Shown here: positions 35,822 to 47,721 of the stretch, one piece after another
Layout of the letters: each line of letters opens with the position of its first letter
Numbering within the stretch: the first letter of the stretch is position 1
Assembly (NCBI RefSeq): GCF_001677475.2
Contig: NZ_CP015229.1
Direction: 5' to 3' (one strand)
Origin: Escherichia coli
GTDB lineage: Bacteria; Pseudomonadota; Gammaproteobacteria; Enterobacterales; Enterobacteriaceae
DNA length: 64,000 nucleotides
Position numbers and translations under genes: made by a program
Notes under the pieces: model-generated
What the model saw: the letters and a program-made list of their open reading frames with translations, nothing else
What the model was told of the DNA's origin: nothing
Database searches by the model: none

Positions 35822-38800
35822 TACGCCTCCTCCAAGGTCATACCGGCAAACATCTCATCCATCAGGTCAATCAACCCGGCGTTGGGTCGGGTTGTGTAAA
35901 TCCCCTGTTGCGGATGTTCTTTATCAACGCCACGCAGGAACAGATAGATAACGCCGCCAAAGTGACGATCATAGTCGTAATCAGCAATGCGATGGCGCAG
36001 ATAACGATGCAGCGCCAGGGTATAAAGCTGATATTGCAGATCATAGCGGTGTGCCTGCATCGCTGCTGCCATAGCCTGTTGGGTGTAAGCCGAACTGTCT
36101 TCACCCAGCCAGTTGGATTTATAGTCGAGCAGGTAATAACGCCCTTCGTGGCGGAATACCAGGTCGATAAAGCCTTTTAACATGCCGCGTACCTGCATGA
36201 ACTCCAGCGGCGGGCAGCCAGCGGATAGCGGGTCAAACTGGCGAATTAGTGCATCAAGCTGGCTGGCGATGAGCGGTTCGCTAATCGGCAGGTAAAACTC
36301 CATCTCCACCTGTTTATCGCGGTCGGAAAGCTGACTCAGGCTAACACCCGTTTCATTGAGATGTGCCTGGAGGACAGCCGTGATCCACTCGGTCAACACC
36401 GGTTCCCACTGCGATTCAAAGCCGCCGAGTTCCAGTTTTTCCTGTACCCAGTTCGGGTCAACCGGCTGGGTAAAATCGAGGTCTTCAAACAAACTGTGCA
36501 AGAATGTCCCCGGTGACGCACCGCGCGGGAACTGATGCGGTGTTAACGTCGGTTCTTCAACGACGCTGACCACGCCTGCGGCATCAACATCCAGCCGTGG
36601 CATCAGATCCTGAGCGATACCGTGACCACGCTGCTGCAAACCGGAGTAGCTGGTGACACGCCAGTTATCGCCGGGCAATCGTTGTAGCGTCCTCGCATTC
36701 AGTTCTGCAGTTAAAACATCATTAACCTGCCAGGACTGGTTATCACCAGTTTGTGCCGTTTGCCAGGCAATATCATCATCGCATAACGCTTCAATACAGG
36801 TGCGAAGCCCTGCCGCATCTTGCGGTTCCCCTTTTTGCAGCAAACGCCCGAGCGCACTTTGGTGGACGTCGGTGTCACCTTTTTTATCGCCACGACGGCG
36901 CACCAGCGGTGCAACGCCGAGGCTGCAATGCCAAACCGAACGCGTCAGCGCCACGTAAAGCAAACGCAGATCTTCCGCCAGACGTTCGGCCTCCGCGAGA
37001 TCGACACTTTCTGGCGCAGCGTTAAGATCCAGAACAGCCTCAAACGAGTGGCGATCGTGATAAAACGCCTGATCCTGGACGCGGAAATTGGTAATAAATG
37101 GCAACCAGACCAGCGGATATTCCAGCCCTTTTGATTTATGGATCGTGACAATCTGCACCAGATGTTTATCACTTTCGAGGCGCATTTGTTGGCTGGAGGC
37201 ATTACTGTCTGGCTCGAGGATATGTTGCGATAACCAGCGTACCAGCGCATGTTCACTTTCCAGCTGCGTTCCGGCTTCTTGTAGCAGTTCGCTGATATGC
37301 AAGATATCGGTAAGACGCCGCTCACCGCCTGCCGTTGCCAGCAAGTTTTCAGCAATGTTACGCGCCGACATCAGCGCCCGCAGCATCGGCATAACGCCAC
37401 GTTTGCGCCAGATTTGCCGATAACCATCGAACTCTTCGACTACCGCATCCCACGCATGTTCGTCATTGTTCAGCGTTTCGATATCCAGCGCGTTCAGCCC
37501 CATCATTGACGTTGCCAGCGCACTACGCAGGGTGTTCTCACGTTCGGGCGTCATCACCGCCTGCAACAACCAAAGCATTTCCTGCGCTTCCAGAGTTTCA
37601 AAAACACTGTCGCGGTTCGAAAGGTAAACGGAAGGGATTTCCAGCAGCGTTAAGGCATCGCGCACCTGAGCGGCCTCCTGACGGCTGCGCACCAGCACGC
37701 TGATGTCCGAAGCACGCACCGGACGCGCGTCGTCGCCGTTCATCAGCAACGCTTCGCCCCGCTGTCCGGCTTGTAGCCAGTCGCGGATTTGCCCAGCACA
37801 TACCTGCGCCATGGTACTTTGATAGTCGCCAACGCCGCAGCTTTCGCCTTCCATCAGCCACATTTTCATCGCAGGCTGCGTTTCACCTTTAAATACAAAA
37901 CGTAACGCCTGATTTTTCCTAGCTGATTTCACTGGAATAAACGGTATTTCGCGAAACATGAACGCGTCATCAGTCTGGCTAAAAAGCTTGTTCACACTGT
38001 TCACCATTCCTGGTGCGGAACGCCAGTTGGTGTCTAAAGTGTAGTGGGCGTGAACTTCGCTACGCGCCTTCATATAAGTGAAGATATCCGCACCCCGGAA
38101 TGCATATATGGCCTGCTTCGGGTCGCCAATCAGCAACAATGCGGTTTCCGGCTGATGGTGCCAGATACGGCGAAAAATTCGGTACTGCTGGGGGTCGGTA
38201 TCCTGAAATTCATCGATCATTGCCACCGGGAATCGCGTACGGATCGCCGCTGCCAACACCTCGCCGCTTTCGCTACGCAGCGCGGAATCGAGCCGACTTA
38301 ACATGTCATCAAAACCCAATTCGCCACGGCGGCGTTTTTCACGCGCTACTGTTTCGCGGATCTCAGCCAATGCGCGGGTGATCACCAGATCGCGGATCGA
38401 CAATGGTTCTGCAAGCAGTTGATCGATCGCATCAAACAGTGGATGTCGCGGGGTTTCCCCCCCGGCCTTCGTGCGATCTTCTAAGAAACGCTGGGAGAAT
38501 TTTTCCAGCGACTCCGGTAACTGATAACTGTTGGTCTCTTCTTCTGCCCAGGCGCTGATCTTCTCGATCCATTTAGCCTGATTGCTACGGTTAAACTTGC
38601 GTCGATCAATACCAGAAGATTCGATCAGCGCATCCAGTTCACCCACTGCGTCGCGCCACTGCTGTTTTACGGCGTCGATACGCGCCACAATTTTCGCGTG
38701 GCGGGAAGCCAGCGTTTCATCATCGGGCGGCGGTGCTTTGATAACCGGTGCTTCGCCTTGCAGATAACGATTAATATCGCGCAGCAACGCCTGCGGCCCT

Positions 38801-39363
38801 TTCCAGGTTTCAAAGACCACCTGGGCAATTTCACGCGGCAGCGGGTAGCAGTGGCGACGCCAGAAATCGGCGCAGGCCTGGTAGCGTAGCAGAGACTCAT
38901 CTTCAATCAGCTGCTGCTCAAACAGCATGCCGGATTCAAAGGCATTCAGGTTGAGCATGCGCTGGCAAAAACCGTGAATAGTAAAGACTGCCGCTTCATC
39001 CATCTGCCGTTCGGCTAACAACAACCACTGCGCGGCTTGCGCTTTATCGTCGATCTCTTCCAGCAGGCGTTTGTACAGTGGATTGTCGGTGGTTTCACGC
39101 AGACAGGCGATGCGCAACTCGTGGATATTGCTACGGATACGACCGCGCAATTCTGCCGTGGCAGCCTCGGTAAAGGTGACCACCAGCAGTTCTTCAACGG
39201 TCAGCGGGCGGGGAAAGGCGGCAGAACCGCCTAGTCCAAGTAACAGGCGCAAATAGAGCGCCGCAATCGTAAAGGTTTTGCCTGTGCCGGCAGAGGCTTC
39301 AATCAGGCGCTCGCCCTGTAAGGGCAAGCGCAAAGGATCTAGTGTCTCGGCGACATCACTCAT
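35821..39363 (-). CDS. recB: Exodeoxyribonuclease V beta subunit, 1180 aa
   Basis: ORF 35821..39372; start at [11 protein letters not shown] (39363); Walker [11 protein letters not shown]; 1-nt overlap with recD start. Confidence 0.94.
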   Translation of the reverse strand: MSDVAETLDPLRLPLQGERLIEASAGTGKTFTIAALYLRLLLGLGGSAAFPRPLTVEELLVVTFTEAATAELRGRIRSNIHELRIACLRETTDNPLYKRLLEEIDDKAQAAQWLLLAERQMDEAAVFTIHGFCQRMLNLNAFESGMLFEQQLIEDESLLRYQACADFWRRHCYPLPREIAQVVFETWKGPQALLRDINRYLQGEAPVIKAPPPDDETLASRHAKIVARIDAVKQQWRDAVGELDALIESSGIDRRKFNRSNQAKWIEKISAWAEEETNSYQLPESLEKFSQRFLEDRTKAGGETPRHPLFDAIDQLLAEPLSIRDLVITRALAEIRETVAREKRRRGELGFDDMLSRLDSALRSESGEVLAAAIRTRFPVAMIDEFQDTDPQQYRIFRRIWHHQPETALLLIGDPKQAIYAFRGADIFTYMKARSEVHAHYTLDTNWRSAPGMVNSVNKLFSQTDDAFMFREIPFIPVKSARKNQALRFVFKGETQPAMKMWLMEGESCGVGDYQSTMAQVCAGQIRDWLQAGQRGEALLMNGDDARPVRASDISVLVRSRQEAAQVRDALTLLEIPSVYLSNRDSVFETLEAQEMLWLLQAVMTPERENTLRSALATSMMGLNALDIETLNNDEHAWDAVVEEFDGYRQIWRKRGVMPMLRALMSARNIAENLLATAGGERRLTDILHISELLQEAGTQLESEHALVRWLSQHILEPDSNASSQQMRLESDKHLVQIVTIHKSKGLEYPLVWLPFITNFRVQDQAFYHDRHSFEAVLDLNAAPESVDLAEAERLAEDLRLLYVALTRSVWHCSLGVAPLVRRRGDKKGDTDVHQSALGRLLQKGEPQDAAGLRTCIEALCDDDIAWQTAQTGDNQSWQVNDVLTAELNARTLQRLPGDNWRVTSYSGLQQRGHGIAQDLMPRLDVDAAGVVSVVEEPTLTPHQFPRGASPGTFLHSLFEDLDFTQPVDPNWVQEKLELGGFESQWEPVLTEWITAVLQAHLNETGVSLSQLSDRDKQVEMEFYLPISEPLIASQLDALIRQFDPLSAGCPPLEFMQVRGMLKGFIDLVFRHEGRYYLLDYKSNWLGEDSSAYTQQAMAAAMQAHRYDLQYQLYTLALHRYLRHRIADYDYDRHFGGVIYLFLRGVDKEHPQQGIYTTRPNAGLIDLMDEMFAGMTLEEA

Positions 39364-42244
39364 TCTTTTCACTCATCAGGGGCATTGTTTGCTGCAACGC
39401 GCTGACGTTCTCCCACACTTTCCAGCCTTCAGGATGCACATATTCGGCTTTCCCGTTCTGGCTGCCGGAAATCTGCGACAGAATAGCCATGCCTTGCGGC
39501 TCGACCACCGCCTGATGGAAGAAATCAGCAAGTTTTTGCGGCGTCAGCAGTTTTATCTGGGCCACGATTTTATCACGCGAATCGAAGCGCATATTGCCGC
39601 GATCGAAATCTTTACTTAACTTCGATGCTTCTTCGCCGAGCGTTTGCGGTGCCTGCAGCATCTGGGTTATTACCGCCTGCTGGATTTGCGCAAACTCTTC
39701 TGGCTTCATCGCCCGCAATTTTGCCTCTGCGGTTGGGAAAAACGCCTTGTAACGCTCCCACAAGAATGAAGGCTGTTTATCATTGCTTTGCAAAAGGAAG
39801 CCCATGCCCCACTGACGCCCCACGCTCATTGGAAACGCAAACACGGCATAGCCCAATTGTTCTTCGGTACGCAACTGATTGTAGAACCACGGCTGTACGA
39901 TCTGCCCCAACAGAGAGCTATAGGCTGAGCTGGTGTATTCATCGTAGCCAGTCGGTACAAATACCGCTGCCAGTGCGGAGTCGGTACTGTTACCGGCTTT
40001 TTCAAAGATGACGGATTGTTTTTTATCGACCACGACATCTTTGTTACGACACCACTCCGAACCATCAGCGCCCAACTGTTTTTGCACATCGCGTGCCAGC
40101 GTTGTTGCCTGGGCTTCGGTCATGTTGCCAATAACCATAAACTCTGGTCGAGCCCCTGATTTTAAGGCGTCGCGATAGGCCAGCACCTCTTTCAAAGTGA
40201 TTGAAGGCAAAATTTTGCGCCGTTCATCTCGCGAGAAGTACGGCACTTGCGAGAGCATCTGCGCGGGCATAATCGCCTGCTCGAACGCTTTGCCCTTTTC
40301 TGCGGAATCCATCATCTGGTTATACCAGGACTTCGCCTGCTCAAGCTGATCTTCCGTAGCGGTATAGCTAAAGTAGCCCTCCAGCAGAGCCTGGAACAGC
40401 TGCGGCAGGCGCTGGGTGTAACCATTGGCATTAACCATAAGGCCGTTGTTAGCATTGGTGGAAAAACTTATGCCACCAACCGACGCCTGGTTGCTTAACT
40501 GATCAAGCGCCAGTCCGGCAAGATAATCATTGAGCGCAAACATCACTTGATTGCGGGCGCTGTCCATGGCTTTCGGGTTACGCAAAATCAGGCTGACATC
40601 AGCTTTGGGTTCGCTGGAAAAATAACGGCTTGGCGCATACACCACACGCAGATTCGACTCATCAACAATCAGCTCTGGATGGTCATATTTCTTCTCTGAC
40701 TTAATCAGCGAGAAATCGTCAGGAATATAGGGGTTAAGCTCTGGCAAAGAGAGCGCAATGTCGGCGGCTTTTTTCTGCCAGTCAGCGAAAGTTTGTGCGC
40801 TAATTTTATCGACCTGATACGGCGCATCGACAAAGTAAGCCGTTTTGTTGTGCGGCTCTTTCGGGCTGATATACCAGATACGCGCATTCTGCGGCGTCAT
40901 CATCGCCAGGCGTTCTTTTACTGCTTTAGCGTCGTACCGATCGGCAATATTGACTGCATCCAGCGTATGCTCAACAGGAACGCGAATCATGGTATCTGCC
41001 AGCCATTCGACGTAATCCATATCACGGGTGATTGACGGATAACGAAAGTCGATATCCAGCACATTCGCCAGTTCATCGAAGTATTGTTTATCAATCCCTT
41101 TTTCGCGTAACAGATTGAGGTAGCTAAAAATGGCCGCCACAACCTGATCGCGATTCGCCAGACCTTTATCGGTTAAAGACGCAGAGATCGCTAATACGCC
41201 GCTGTTGCCGTTGACGATAGGATCGGAATTGGCGCTAATGCCCTCAACTAATCCCTGCTTTTGCAGCCAGTCAGAAAGTGTACCTGGGCTGCGATTACCG
41301 ATCAGATAGGTAATCAATTCATCCGTTTTACTACGGAACTTCGCTGAATTGTTATCGATGCGAAACTCAACGCGCAGAACTTTACGCGGCAGCGCCGGGA
41401 CGTAATGAATGATAATGCCCTTTTGCGCGTCGGTGACTACCGGCACGGTGATTTCCGGTTTTTTGCTCTCTTTGTTCGGCACGCGACCAAAGGTGTCCGC
41501 CGCCATTTTTGCCAACTCCGGCAGCGGTTTATTGCTGTAAATAACCGCCTTCATCAGATTGGCGGAATAGTACTTCTCGTGGAAATCTTTCAGCGCCTGC
41601 TGCACCGGATTTCCGGGTTTGTCGCTTAAAGTTTCGAGGTTACCACCAGAAAACTTTGAACCGGGGTGTGCCGGGTTAATGGTTTCTGCGCTGACCTGTG
41701 CCATGCGCATCCCGTCACGCGTACGCGCCATGGTTAATTCGGCATTCACTGCATTACGTTCACGTTCGGCGTATTTCTTGTCGAGCAAGGGTTCTGCAAT
41801 AGCGTCCGCCAGGCGGTCTACCGCACCGGGCAAGGCGTCGTTCTCAACTTCCAGATAGAAAGCCGTGCGATACGGTGCCGTGCTGGCATTGTGACTGCCG
41901 CCGTGCATTTTGAGATATTCGGCCAGACTGTCAGCCTGCGGGTACTTTTTCGACCCCATCAGACTCATATGTTCAAGGTAATGTGCCAGCCCCTGGTACG
42001 CCTCGGGATCTTCCAGCGACCCAACGGGCACTACCAGCGCCGAGAGCGATTTAACCGCCTGCGGATCAGAAACCAGCAAGACCACCATACCGTTATCCAG
42101 ACGTATAGCCTGATACTGGCGGTTATCTTTATCACTTTTACGGATGGTTTCCTGAATCGGCTGCCATCCCGTTTCTGCCTGACTTAAGGGTGCCCAAAGG
42201 GCAACAAACAACAATAATGCTTTGAACCAGGTGCTGCGGGGCAT
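39356..42244 (-). CDS. ptrA: Protease III (pitrilysin, M16 zinc metalloprotease), 962 aa
   Basis: ORF 39356..42244; signal peptide; inverted zinc-binding motif HYLEH; 8-nt overlap with recB start. Confidence 0.94.
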   Translation of the reverse strand: MPRSTWFKALLLFVALWAPLSQAETGWQPIQETIRKSDKDNRQYQAIRLDNGMVVLLVSDPQAVKSLSALVVPVGSLEDPEAYQGLAHYLEHMSLMGSKKYPQADSLAEYLKMHGGSHNASTAPYRTAFYLEVENDALPGAVDRLADAIAEPLLDKKYAERERNAVNAELTMARTRDGMRMAQVSAETINPAHPGSKFSGGNLETLSDKPGNPVQQALKDFHEKYYSANLMKAVIYSNKPLPELAKMAADTFGRVPNKESKKPEITVPVVTDAQKGIIIHYVPALPRKVLRVEFRIDNNSAKFRSKTDELITYLIGNRSPGTLSDWLQKQGLVEGISANSDPIVNGNSGVLAISASLTDKGLANRDQVVAAIFSYLNLLREKGIDKQYFDELANVLDIDFRYPSITRDMDYVEWLADTMIRVPVEHTLDAVNIADRYDAKAVKERLAMMTPQNARIWYISPKEPHNKTAYFVDAPYQVDKISAQTFADWQKKAADIALSLPELNPYIPDDFSLIKSEKKYDHPELIVDESNLRVVYAPSRYFSSEPKADVSLILRNPKAMDSARNQVMFALNDYLAGLALDQLSNQASVGGISFSTNANNGLMVNANGYTQRLPQLFQALLEGYFSYTATEDQLEQAKSWYNQMMDSAEKGKAFEQAIMPAQMLSQVPYFSRDERRKILPSITLKEVLAYRDALKSGARPEFMVIGNMTEAQATTLARDVQKQLGADGSEWCRNKDVVVDKKQSVIFEKAGNSTDSALAAVFVPTGYDEYTSSAYSSLLGQIVQPWFYNQLRTEEQLGYAVFAFPMSVGRQWGMGFLLQSNDKQPSFLWERYKAFFPTAEAKLRAMKPEEFAQIQQAVITQMLQAPQTLGEEASKLSKDFDRGNMRFDSRDKIVAQIKLLTPQKLADFFHQAVVEPQGMAILSQISGSQNGKAEYVHPEGWKVWENVSALQQTMPLMSEKNE

Positions 42245-42419
42245 TCACGGACCTCATAATCAACTTTATTTTCTGGCCAGATTCAACAGGTTAACGCAAA
42301 TCATCTGCCAGAATTTAATCTTGTGCTGCACGAGTCAGCCTATGTTTATATAACCATCAGTCCGTGACTGGTGCGCATCATAAAGTAAGCGGACAGATTG
42401 CGCAATTTTTATACAGCGC

Positions 42420-45400
42420 TCATGACTGATTAAAGCGAAACAGCGGTAACAGGAAACGTTGCGACTGTTCAACGATGGCCTCCATTGTCTCTGGTGTTAA
42501 TTGCCGCCAGAGCCTTTGATACCAGATATCATCACCTTCGCCACGCACCATCATGTTGCCTTCGTAAGCCTGAAGGAATTTCGTACGGGCTTTTTGCAAC
42601 GTGGAATCGTCATCCAGCATGGCATCGTTTTGCGCGTCATAACAGGTTTTTAGCCACGCGCCGCCACTTTCAGGTAACACCAGCAATGGCGCGGACATCC
42701 CTTCACGATACCCCTCAATCAGTTGTGAGAGGTAATGCAAAGCCTGTTCGGCTGCAAGCGGCGGAAAACGCCACTCGCCGTCTTTGCGTAGAAAAAGGCG
42801 ACTTTCACCATTACCACCGCTGGCACAGTAGACAAGGTGTTCCAGCCAAAGTTGCATTCCCTGCGCCACACTTAATAAAGAGGGACGCCAGCGCAACAAG
42901 CCATCCGGCTGCACCTGCGGCAACCAGCCAGTTATCTGCACACCGTTGCAAGCGAGATCAATTTCCATACTCTGCCCCGGCTGGCGACAGGCAATGACTC
43001 TGTCGGCAAGCTGCTGCATCTCCTGGCACTGTGTTTCCCAGAAAATTTCACCAAAAGCGCCATACGGTAAATCCCCTGCCGCCCGGAAGCGGCGGAACAA
43101 GCGTTCGGCATCATCCTGCTCAACCAGTGCATTCAATAACTGCTGATTGATTTGATAACGGCTAAGTCCTTCCAGAATAAATGGCTCGGTGTCGGGGATT
43201 TCGCTGTCTTCAGTACGGAAGTTCACCTGCAAACGCATCTGGAAGAACGCCCGCACCGGATGTGCCCAGAATCGTTGTAGCGTTTCCAGCGGCACGGTTT
43301 CCGGTAAGGTAAACGGCAGCGGCTGAACAAATTCAGAATGTGCTTTACCAGCCTGGCTGGCCGCAGGTAGCCATTCACGAGCATAGCTTTGTCGTTCGCC
43401 TGGCTGGTAGTTTTGTGGATCAAACGGCATCCGGGTATGGAGGCAAGTAAGATGCGCTTTTACTCTTGCCTCGCTTTCATCACAGTTGAGCGCTTCATCG
43501 CCCGGTAGATAATGACTTTGCCCGATGTAGTCGATCAGTTCCTGCACCAGTACCGACGGGAAACGTTCACTGTTATCCTGAATGGAACGCCCGATATAGC
43601 TGATATAGAGTTTTTGCTGCGCGGAAATTAACGCTTCCAGGAACAGATAGCGGTCATCATCGCGACGGCTACGGTCGCCACGCTTCGGTTTCTGGCTCAT
43701 CAGGTCAAAGCCCAATGGCGCAAGCTGACGTGGATAAACGCCGTCGTTCATTCCCAGCAGGCAAACCACTTTGAACGGAATTGAACGCATTGGCATCAGA
43801 GTACAAATGTTAACCGGTCCGGCGAGAAAACGCTGGCTGATACGTTCCTGATCCAGACGCTGTGCCAGTTCATCACGCAATAGTGACAGCGGCACCGCGT
43901 CGCCATACTGCGCACCTAAACCTTCGGCGATAATCGCCTGCCATTGTTGTTCGATCAGCGTCATCGCCGCTTCGGTTTCCGCATCCGGCAGGAAGAAGGC
44001 GTTGAGCATATCGCGACAAACCGGCAACCACTCTTCCAGCGGACGCTCCTGTGCCAGCCCGCGACGCCAGATGTTTAGCTGCATTAGCAGTGAAGCCAGA
44101 TGCCCCACCAGTTCTGCAATTAAGCCGCTCGATTCATCATAAGGTAGAACCGATTGCCACTCGCCCTGCGCGCTCTCCATCGCGTAGCCCAGCAACATAC
44201 GCGTCAGGCCAAATCGCCAGGTGTGTTGTCCGGTGGCGGGGAGTTCCAGCTCGCGAACGTTGTCGTCATCTATGCCCCAACGAATGCCGGACTCGTTGAC
44301 CCACTGGCGTAAATAACGCAGCCCTTCTTCGGTGATGTCAAACCGCGCCGCCAGCACCGGCACATCCAGTAATGCCAGCACATCCTCTGACACAAAGCGA
44401 CTGTCAGGCAGTGATAACAGGCTGATAAACGCTTCCAGTACCGGATGCGACTGCCGCGCCCGACGGTCGGAAATGGCGTAAGGCAGGTAACGATCCGCAG
44501 GTGCGCTACCAAACACAGCCTGAATAAACGGACTGTAGCTGTCGATATCAGCCACCATCACGATGATGTCGCGCGGAGTAAGTGTCGGGTCTTCCTCCAG
44601 CATCGCCAGCAGGCGATCGTGTAAAACTTCAACTTCACGCTGCGGGCTATGGCAAACGTGGAAGGTGATACTGCTATCCAGTGGATCAAGCGGGCGTTTG
44701 TTATCGCTACGGGAAAACTCTTCGATGTTCACACCAGCAACGGCGCGGTTTTCCAGTTCCAGAATGTCAGACTGAATGTTATGCAGCAGGTTATCTGGCG
44801 TGACATCGACAAAGGCGTCCAGCTCCTGGCTGCTCTCCAGGTCAGAAAGGAGATAAATGTAGTCGCGCCCAAGCTTACCCCATGAGGCCAGCAGCGGGTT
44901 GCCGACATCCTGTTCACCATCGCTGTTAAAGAGCTGCCCGGCATTTTCGCTATCGCGAAATAGCGGTAATTCGCGATCTTCAAAACTGTGTCGGCGCTGG
45001 CGAGTCAGCAGTTTCGCCAGATAAGCAGGATCTTTAATGTCGCCCCAGTAATAACGGCAGGGGTTGGTAAACAGGAGATGGATTTCAATATGTTTACCCA
45101 GCGCCTGGAGCGCCTGGAGATAAACAGGCGGTAACGCGGAAATACCGCATATAAAGACGCGCGAAGGTAACCCCGGCGGGCAGGTCGTCGCGGACTCCAG
45201 CGTTTCGATAAAGCGCTGATAGAGATTGGCGCGGTGCCAACGCGGTTGTCCGAGTTCATGGGTATATTCCACCAGCGCCTTCCACAACGGCGCTTGCCAG
45301 GCCTGTGCCTCTCCCAGCCCTTCAACCAAATGTCCTGTTTCCCACTGTGCCAGCCAGTCCGGACGATAGACCAGATACTGGTCAAACAGGTCCGCCGCTT

Positions 45401-45788
45401 TTGAGGAAAGCTGGAACAGTTTTCGCTTGTCGCTATCATCAGTCAGATAATGCCGCAGCAGGGTAAAGTCTTCGCGATCCAGCAATTGCGGCAGCAGAGT
45501 CATCAGTTTCCAGCTCATGCTCTGTTTGTTAAAGGCGCTCTCTTTGGGGATCTCCGGTAACACCCGGACGAACATATCCCAGATAAAGCTCGCAGGCAGC
45601 GGAAAATCAATGTTTGCCGCAATACCAAACTTTTGCGACAGGGTCATTTGCAGCCACTGTGCCATACCGGTACTTTGCACCAGAATCATCTCTGGTTCGA
45701 AAGGATCGTCCAGCCGTTCGCGTTCGACAATAAACTCCATCAACGCTTCCAGCACGTCCAGACGATTGGAATGGTAGACCCTTAACAT
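42420..45788 (-). CDS. recC: Exodeoxyribonuclease V gamma subunit, 1122 aa
   Basis: ORF 42420..45788; matches E. coli RecC length/N-terminus MLRVYHSNRLDVL. Confidence 0.94.
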   Translation of the reverse strand: MLRVYHSNRLDVLEALMEFIVERERLDDPFEPEMILVQSTGMAQWLQMTLSQKFGIAANIDFPLPASFIWDMFVRVLPEIPKESAFNKQSMSWKLMTLLPQLLDREDFTLLRHYLTDDSDKRKLFQLSSKAADLFDQYLVYRPDWLAQWETGHLVEGLGEAQAWQAPLWKALVEYTHELGQPRWHRANLYQRFIETLESATTCPPGLPSRVFICGISALPPVYLQALQALGKHIEIHLLFTNPCRYYWGDIKDPAYLAKLLTRQRRHSFEDRELPLFRDSENAGQLFNSDGEQDVGNPLLASWGKLGRDYIYLLSDLESSQELDAFVDVTPDNLLHNIQSDILELENRAVAGVNIEEFSRSDNKRPLDPLDSSITFHVCHSPQREVEVLHDRLLAMLEEDPTLTPRDIIVMVADIDSYSPFIQAVFGSAPADRYLPYAISDRRARQSHPVLEAFISLLSLPDSRFVSEDVLALLDVPVLAARFDITEEGLRYLRQWVNESGIRWGIDDDNVRELELPATGQHTWRFGLTRMLLGYAMESAQGEWQSVLPYDESSGLIAELVGHLASLLMQLNIWRRGLAQERPLEEWLPVCRDMLNAFFLPDAETEAAMTLIEQQWQAIIAEGLGAQYGDAVPLSLLRDELAQRLDQERISQRFLAGPVNICTLMPMRSIPFKVVCLLGMNDGVYPRQLAPLGFDLMSQKPKRGDRSRRDDDRYLFLEALISAQQKLYISYIGRSIQDNSERFPSVLVQELIDYIGQSHYLPGDEALNCDESEARVKAHLTCLHTRMPFDPQNYQPGERQSYAREWLPAASQAGKAHSEFVQPLPFTLPETVPLETLQRFWAHPVRAFFQMRLQVNFRTEDSEIPDTEPFILEGLSRYQINQQLLNALVEQDDAERLFRRFRAAGDLPYGAFGEIFWETQCQEMQQLADRVIACRQPGQSMEIDLACNGVQITGWLPQVQPDGLLRWRPSLLSVAQGMQLWLEHLVYCASGGNGESRLFLRKDGEWRFPPLAAEQALHYLSQLIEGYREGMSAPLLVLPESGGAWLKTCYDAQNDAMLDDDSTLQKARTKFLQAYEGNMMVRGEGDDIWYQRLWRQLTPETMEAIVEQSQRFLLPLFRFNQS

Positions 45789-45800
45789 AGCGGCTCCTGA

Positions 45801-46124
45801 CTACTGACGATTCGGGCAATGCAGGCGGGTCATCTCGCCTTCTCTGCCCCCGGGTGAAACTAGCGTAACGCTGATGCTGACACATCCCGCCTGCGATGTC
45901 TGCATTCGGTTGACCTGCCAGTTGGCAGGTGGCGAAATCGCGCGCAGTTGCGTTTGCTGCCAACTATGCCGCCAGAGCTGTTGGTACTGGTTTCTGCTGG
46001 CAAGACTGTTCATTAATGTTCGCTGGAAACCCGATAACGCAGTGACAATCATCACCATCAACACCATCGCCAACATTACCTCCGGCAGGCTAAAGCCTTG
46101 TTGATTCTTCAGGGAAGCTGACAT
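45801..46124 (-). CDS. ppdC: Prepilin peptidase-dependent pseudopilin-like protein C, 107 aa
   Basis: ORF 45801..46211; start at [16 protein letters not shown] (46124); type IV prepilin leader/cleavage motif G-F-x-x-x-E. Confidence 0.88.
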   Translation of the reverse strand: MSASLKNQQGFSLPEVMLAMVLMVMIVTALSGFQRTLMNSLASRNQYQQLWRHSWQQTQLRAISPPANWQVNRMQTSQAGCVSISVTLVSPGGREGEMTRLHCPNRQ

Positions 46125-46516
46125 AACGCCCCCTCTTTCAGCGGACAAAAATCGCTCCAGCCGCGTGGCGAAAAAACAATGTTTCCATCGATGACTTCGC
46201 CTGTTCGCCACAACGAAACGCCTTCATAACCGGCAATCAATAAGGCTTCATTATCTGCCAGTAAACGCAAACAAACCCGGGCATCGGTTCCAGCGTACTG
46301 CGAGCACTGAACTGCGGGCTGCGTCTGCCAGGAGTGCATTTTTCCCCACGCCAGCGCCGACTGAACGATGGCCTGGCGGCGCAATGACTGACTTTCCATG
46401 CTCACGCGAGAGGCAAAACTGCGATCCTGTTGGCTCATTCCTTGTAATAGCAAGCTACCCAAAACCAGCAGCATCAGGACCAGAGCCAGTGACGAAACAC
46501 CCTTTTCGCGGTTCAC
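46109..46516 (-). CDS. ygdB: DUF2509 protein in the pseudopilin operon, 135 aa
   Basis: ORF 46109..46516; N-terminal hydrophobic segment; overlaps ppdC start and ppdB stop. Confidence 0.85.
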   Translation of the reverse strand: MNREKGVSSLALVLMLLVLGSLLLQGMSQQDRSFASRVSMESQSLRRQAIVQSALAWGKMHSWQTQPAVQCSQYAGTDARVCLRLLADNEALLIAGYEGVSLWRTGEVIDGNIVFSPRGWSDFCPLKEGALCQLP

Positions 46517-47076
46517 AGGTTGAATCCTGTCACGCTATAGCTGGCATCCACCACGGTTTGCGGATCAGCCTTGCTGGCAGCGTGCATATTAACCGTCAAC
46601 ACCGGCGAGAAACCGCTGACATCCTCTTGGGTAACCTGAAAAGTGTCGATAATGATGGCATCCGGATTAGTGACTTTATCCCAGCCCTTACCTTCACAGG
46701 ATGTCGCACCGCGTAGCGTTTCCAGCACATGCGCTTTCAGACGAAATCCAATCTGGTCGGACTCTTTTACCGGTTCGCGATCCCAGATACCGTTACTGTT
46801 CGCATCCCACTGCACAATGACACAGTCACCCTGTCCGACAATTTCCAGCCCTTCGCCGGTACAGCTGCCATGACAATAACCCGCCCTCTGGAGATGCTTC
46901 GCAACGGTAAATACCCGCAGCCAGATTTCATCTTCCAGCGCCAGCTTACGGGTGCTCGTTAAACTGTCACGCTGTAACGCAGGCAGAAAGCGTGCAGCCC
47001 CCAGCAACAATACGCTACTGATCGCCATAGCAATCAACACTTCCAGCAGAGAAAAACCTTGCTCTTTTACAGGCAT
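46513..47076 (-). CDS. ppdB: Prepilin peptidase-dependent pseudopilin-like protein B, 187 aa
   Basis: ORF 46513..47316; start at [18 protein letters not shown] (47076); prepilin motif. Confidence 0.88.
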   Translation of the reverse strand: MPVKEQGFSLLEVLIAMAISSVLLLGAARFLPALQRDSLTSTRKLALEDEIWLRVFTVAKHLQRAGYCHGSCTGEGLEIVGQGDCVIVQWDANSNGIWDREPVKESDQIGFRLKAHVLETLRGATSCEGKGWDKVTNPDAIIIDTFQVTQEDVSGFSPVLTVNMHAASKADPQTVVDASYSVTGFNL

Positions 47077-47537
47077 CCTTCTGTTTCTCCTTGCTGACAA
47101 AGCCGGAGTCTTCCCCACGGCGAAACCACCAGCCACCACTCGCCCGTTGAGTTTTTGAAGCGAATATGCCCGGCCCATGCGGTATTGCGCAGGCCAAAGA
47201 AAGCAAGCGAAGGTGTCAGGTCGCTCATTTCGACTTCGGGCCAGCGTGGCACAAAGACCAATGGTGAACTGCCATGACAGGTATTCGCCCCAGCAACGGA
47301 ACTCACAAGGCACCATAACGTCCCCTCCCTGATAACACTGATACTGTGGTCGCGGTTATGCCAGTTGGCATCTTCACGTAAATAGAGCAAATAGTCCCGC
47401 GCCTGGCAGGCGGTTTGCCAAAGCCGTTGCGACTGCTGCCAGTATTGCCAGCCATAGAGCCCACTTGCGCTTAGCATGACCAAAATCAGCATCGCAACCA
47501 GCGTTTCAATCAGCGTATAACCACGTTGTGTTTTCAT
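47067..47537 (-). CDS. ppdA: Prepilin peptidase-dependent pseudopilin-like protein A, 156 aa
   Basis: ORF 47067..47537; N-terminus [19 protein letters not shown] (prepilin motif); overlaps ppdB start. Confidence 0.88.
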   Translation of the reverse strand: MKTQRGYTLIETLVAMLILVMLSASGLYGWQYWQQSQRLWQTACQARDYLLYLREDANWHNRDHSISVIREGTLWCLVSSVAGANTCHGSSPLVFVPRWPEVEMSDLTPSLAFFGLRNTAWAGHIRFKNSTGEWWLVVSPWGRLRLCQQGETEGCL

Positions 47538-47721
47538 GCCGGCAGTATGGAGCGAGGAGAAAAAAAGACGAGGGCCAGTTTCTATTTCTTCGGCGCATCT
47601 TCCGGACTATTTACGCCGTTGCAGGACGTTGCAAAATTTCGGGAAGGTGTCTCGAAGAATTTAACGGAGGGTAAAAAAAACCGACGCACACTGGCGTCGG
47701 CTCTGGCAGGATGTTTCGTAA

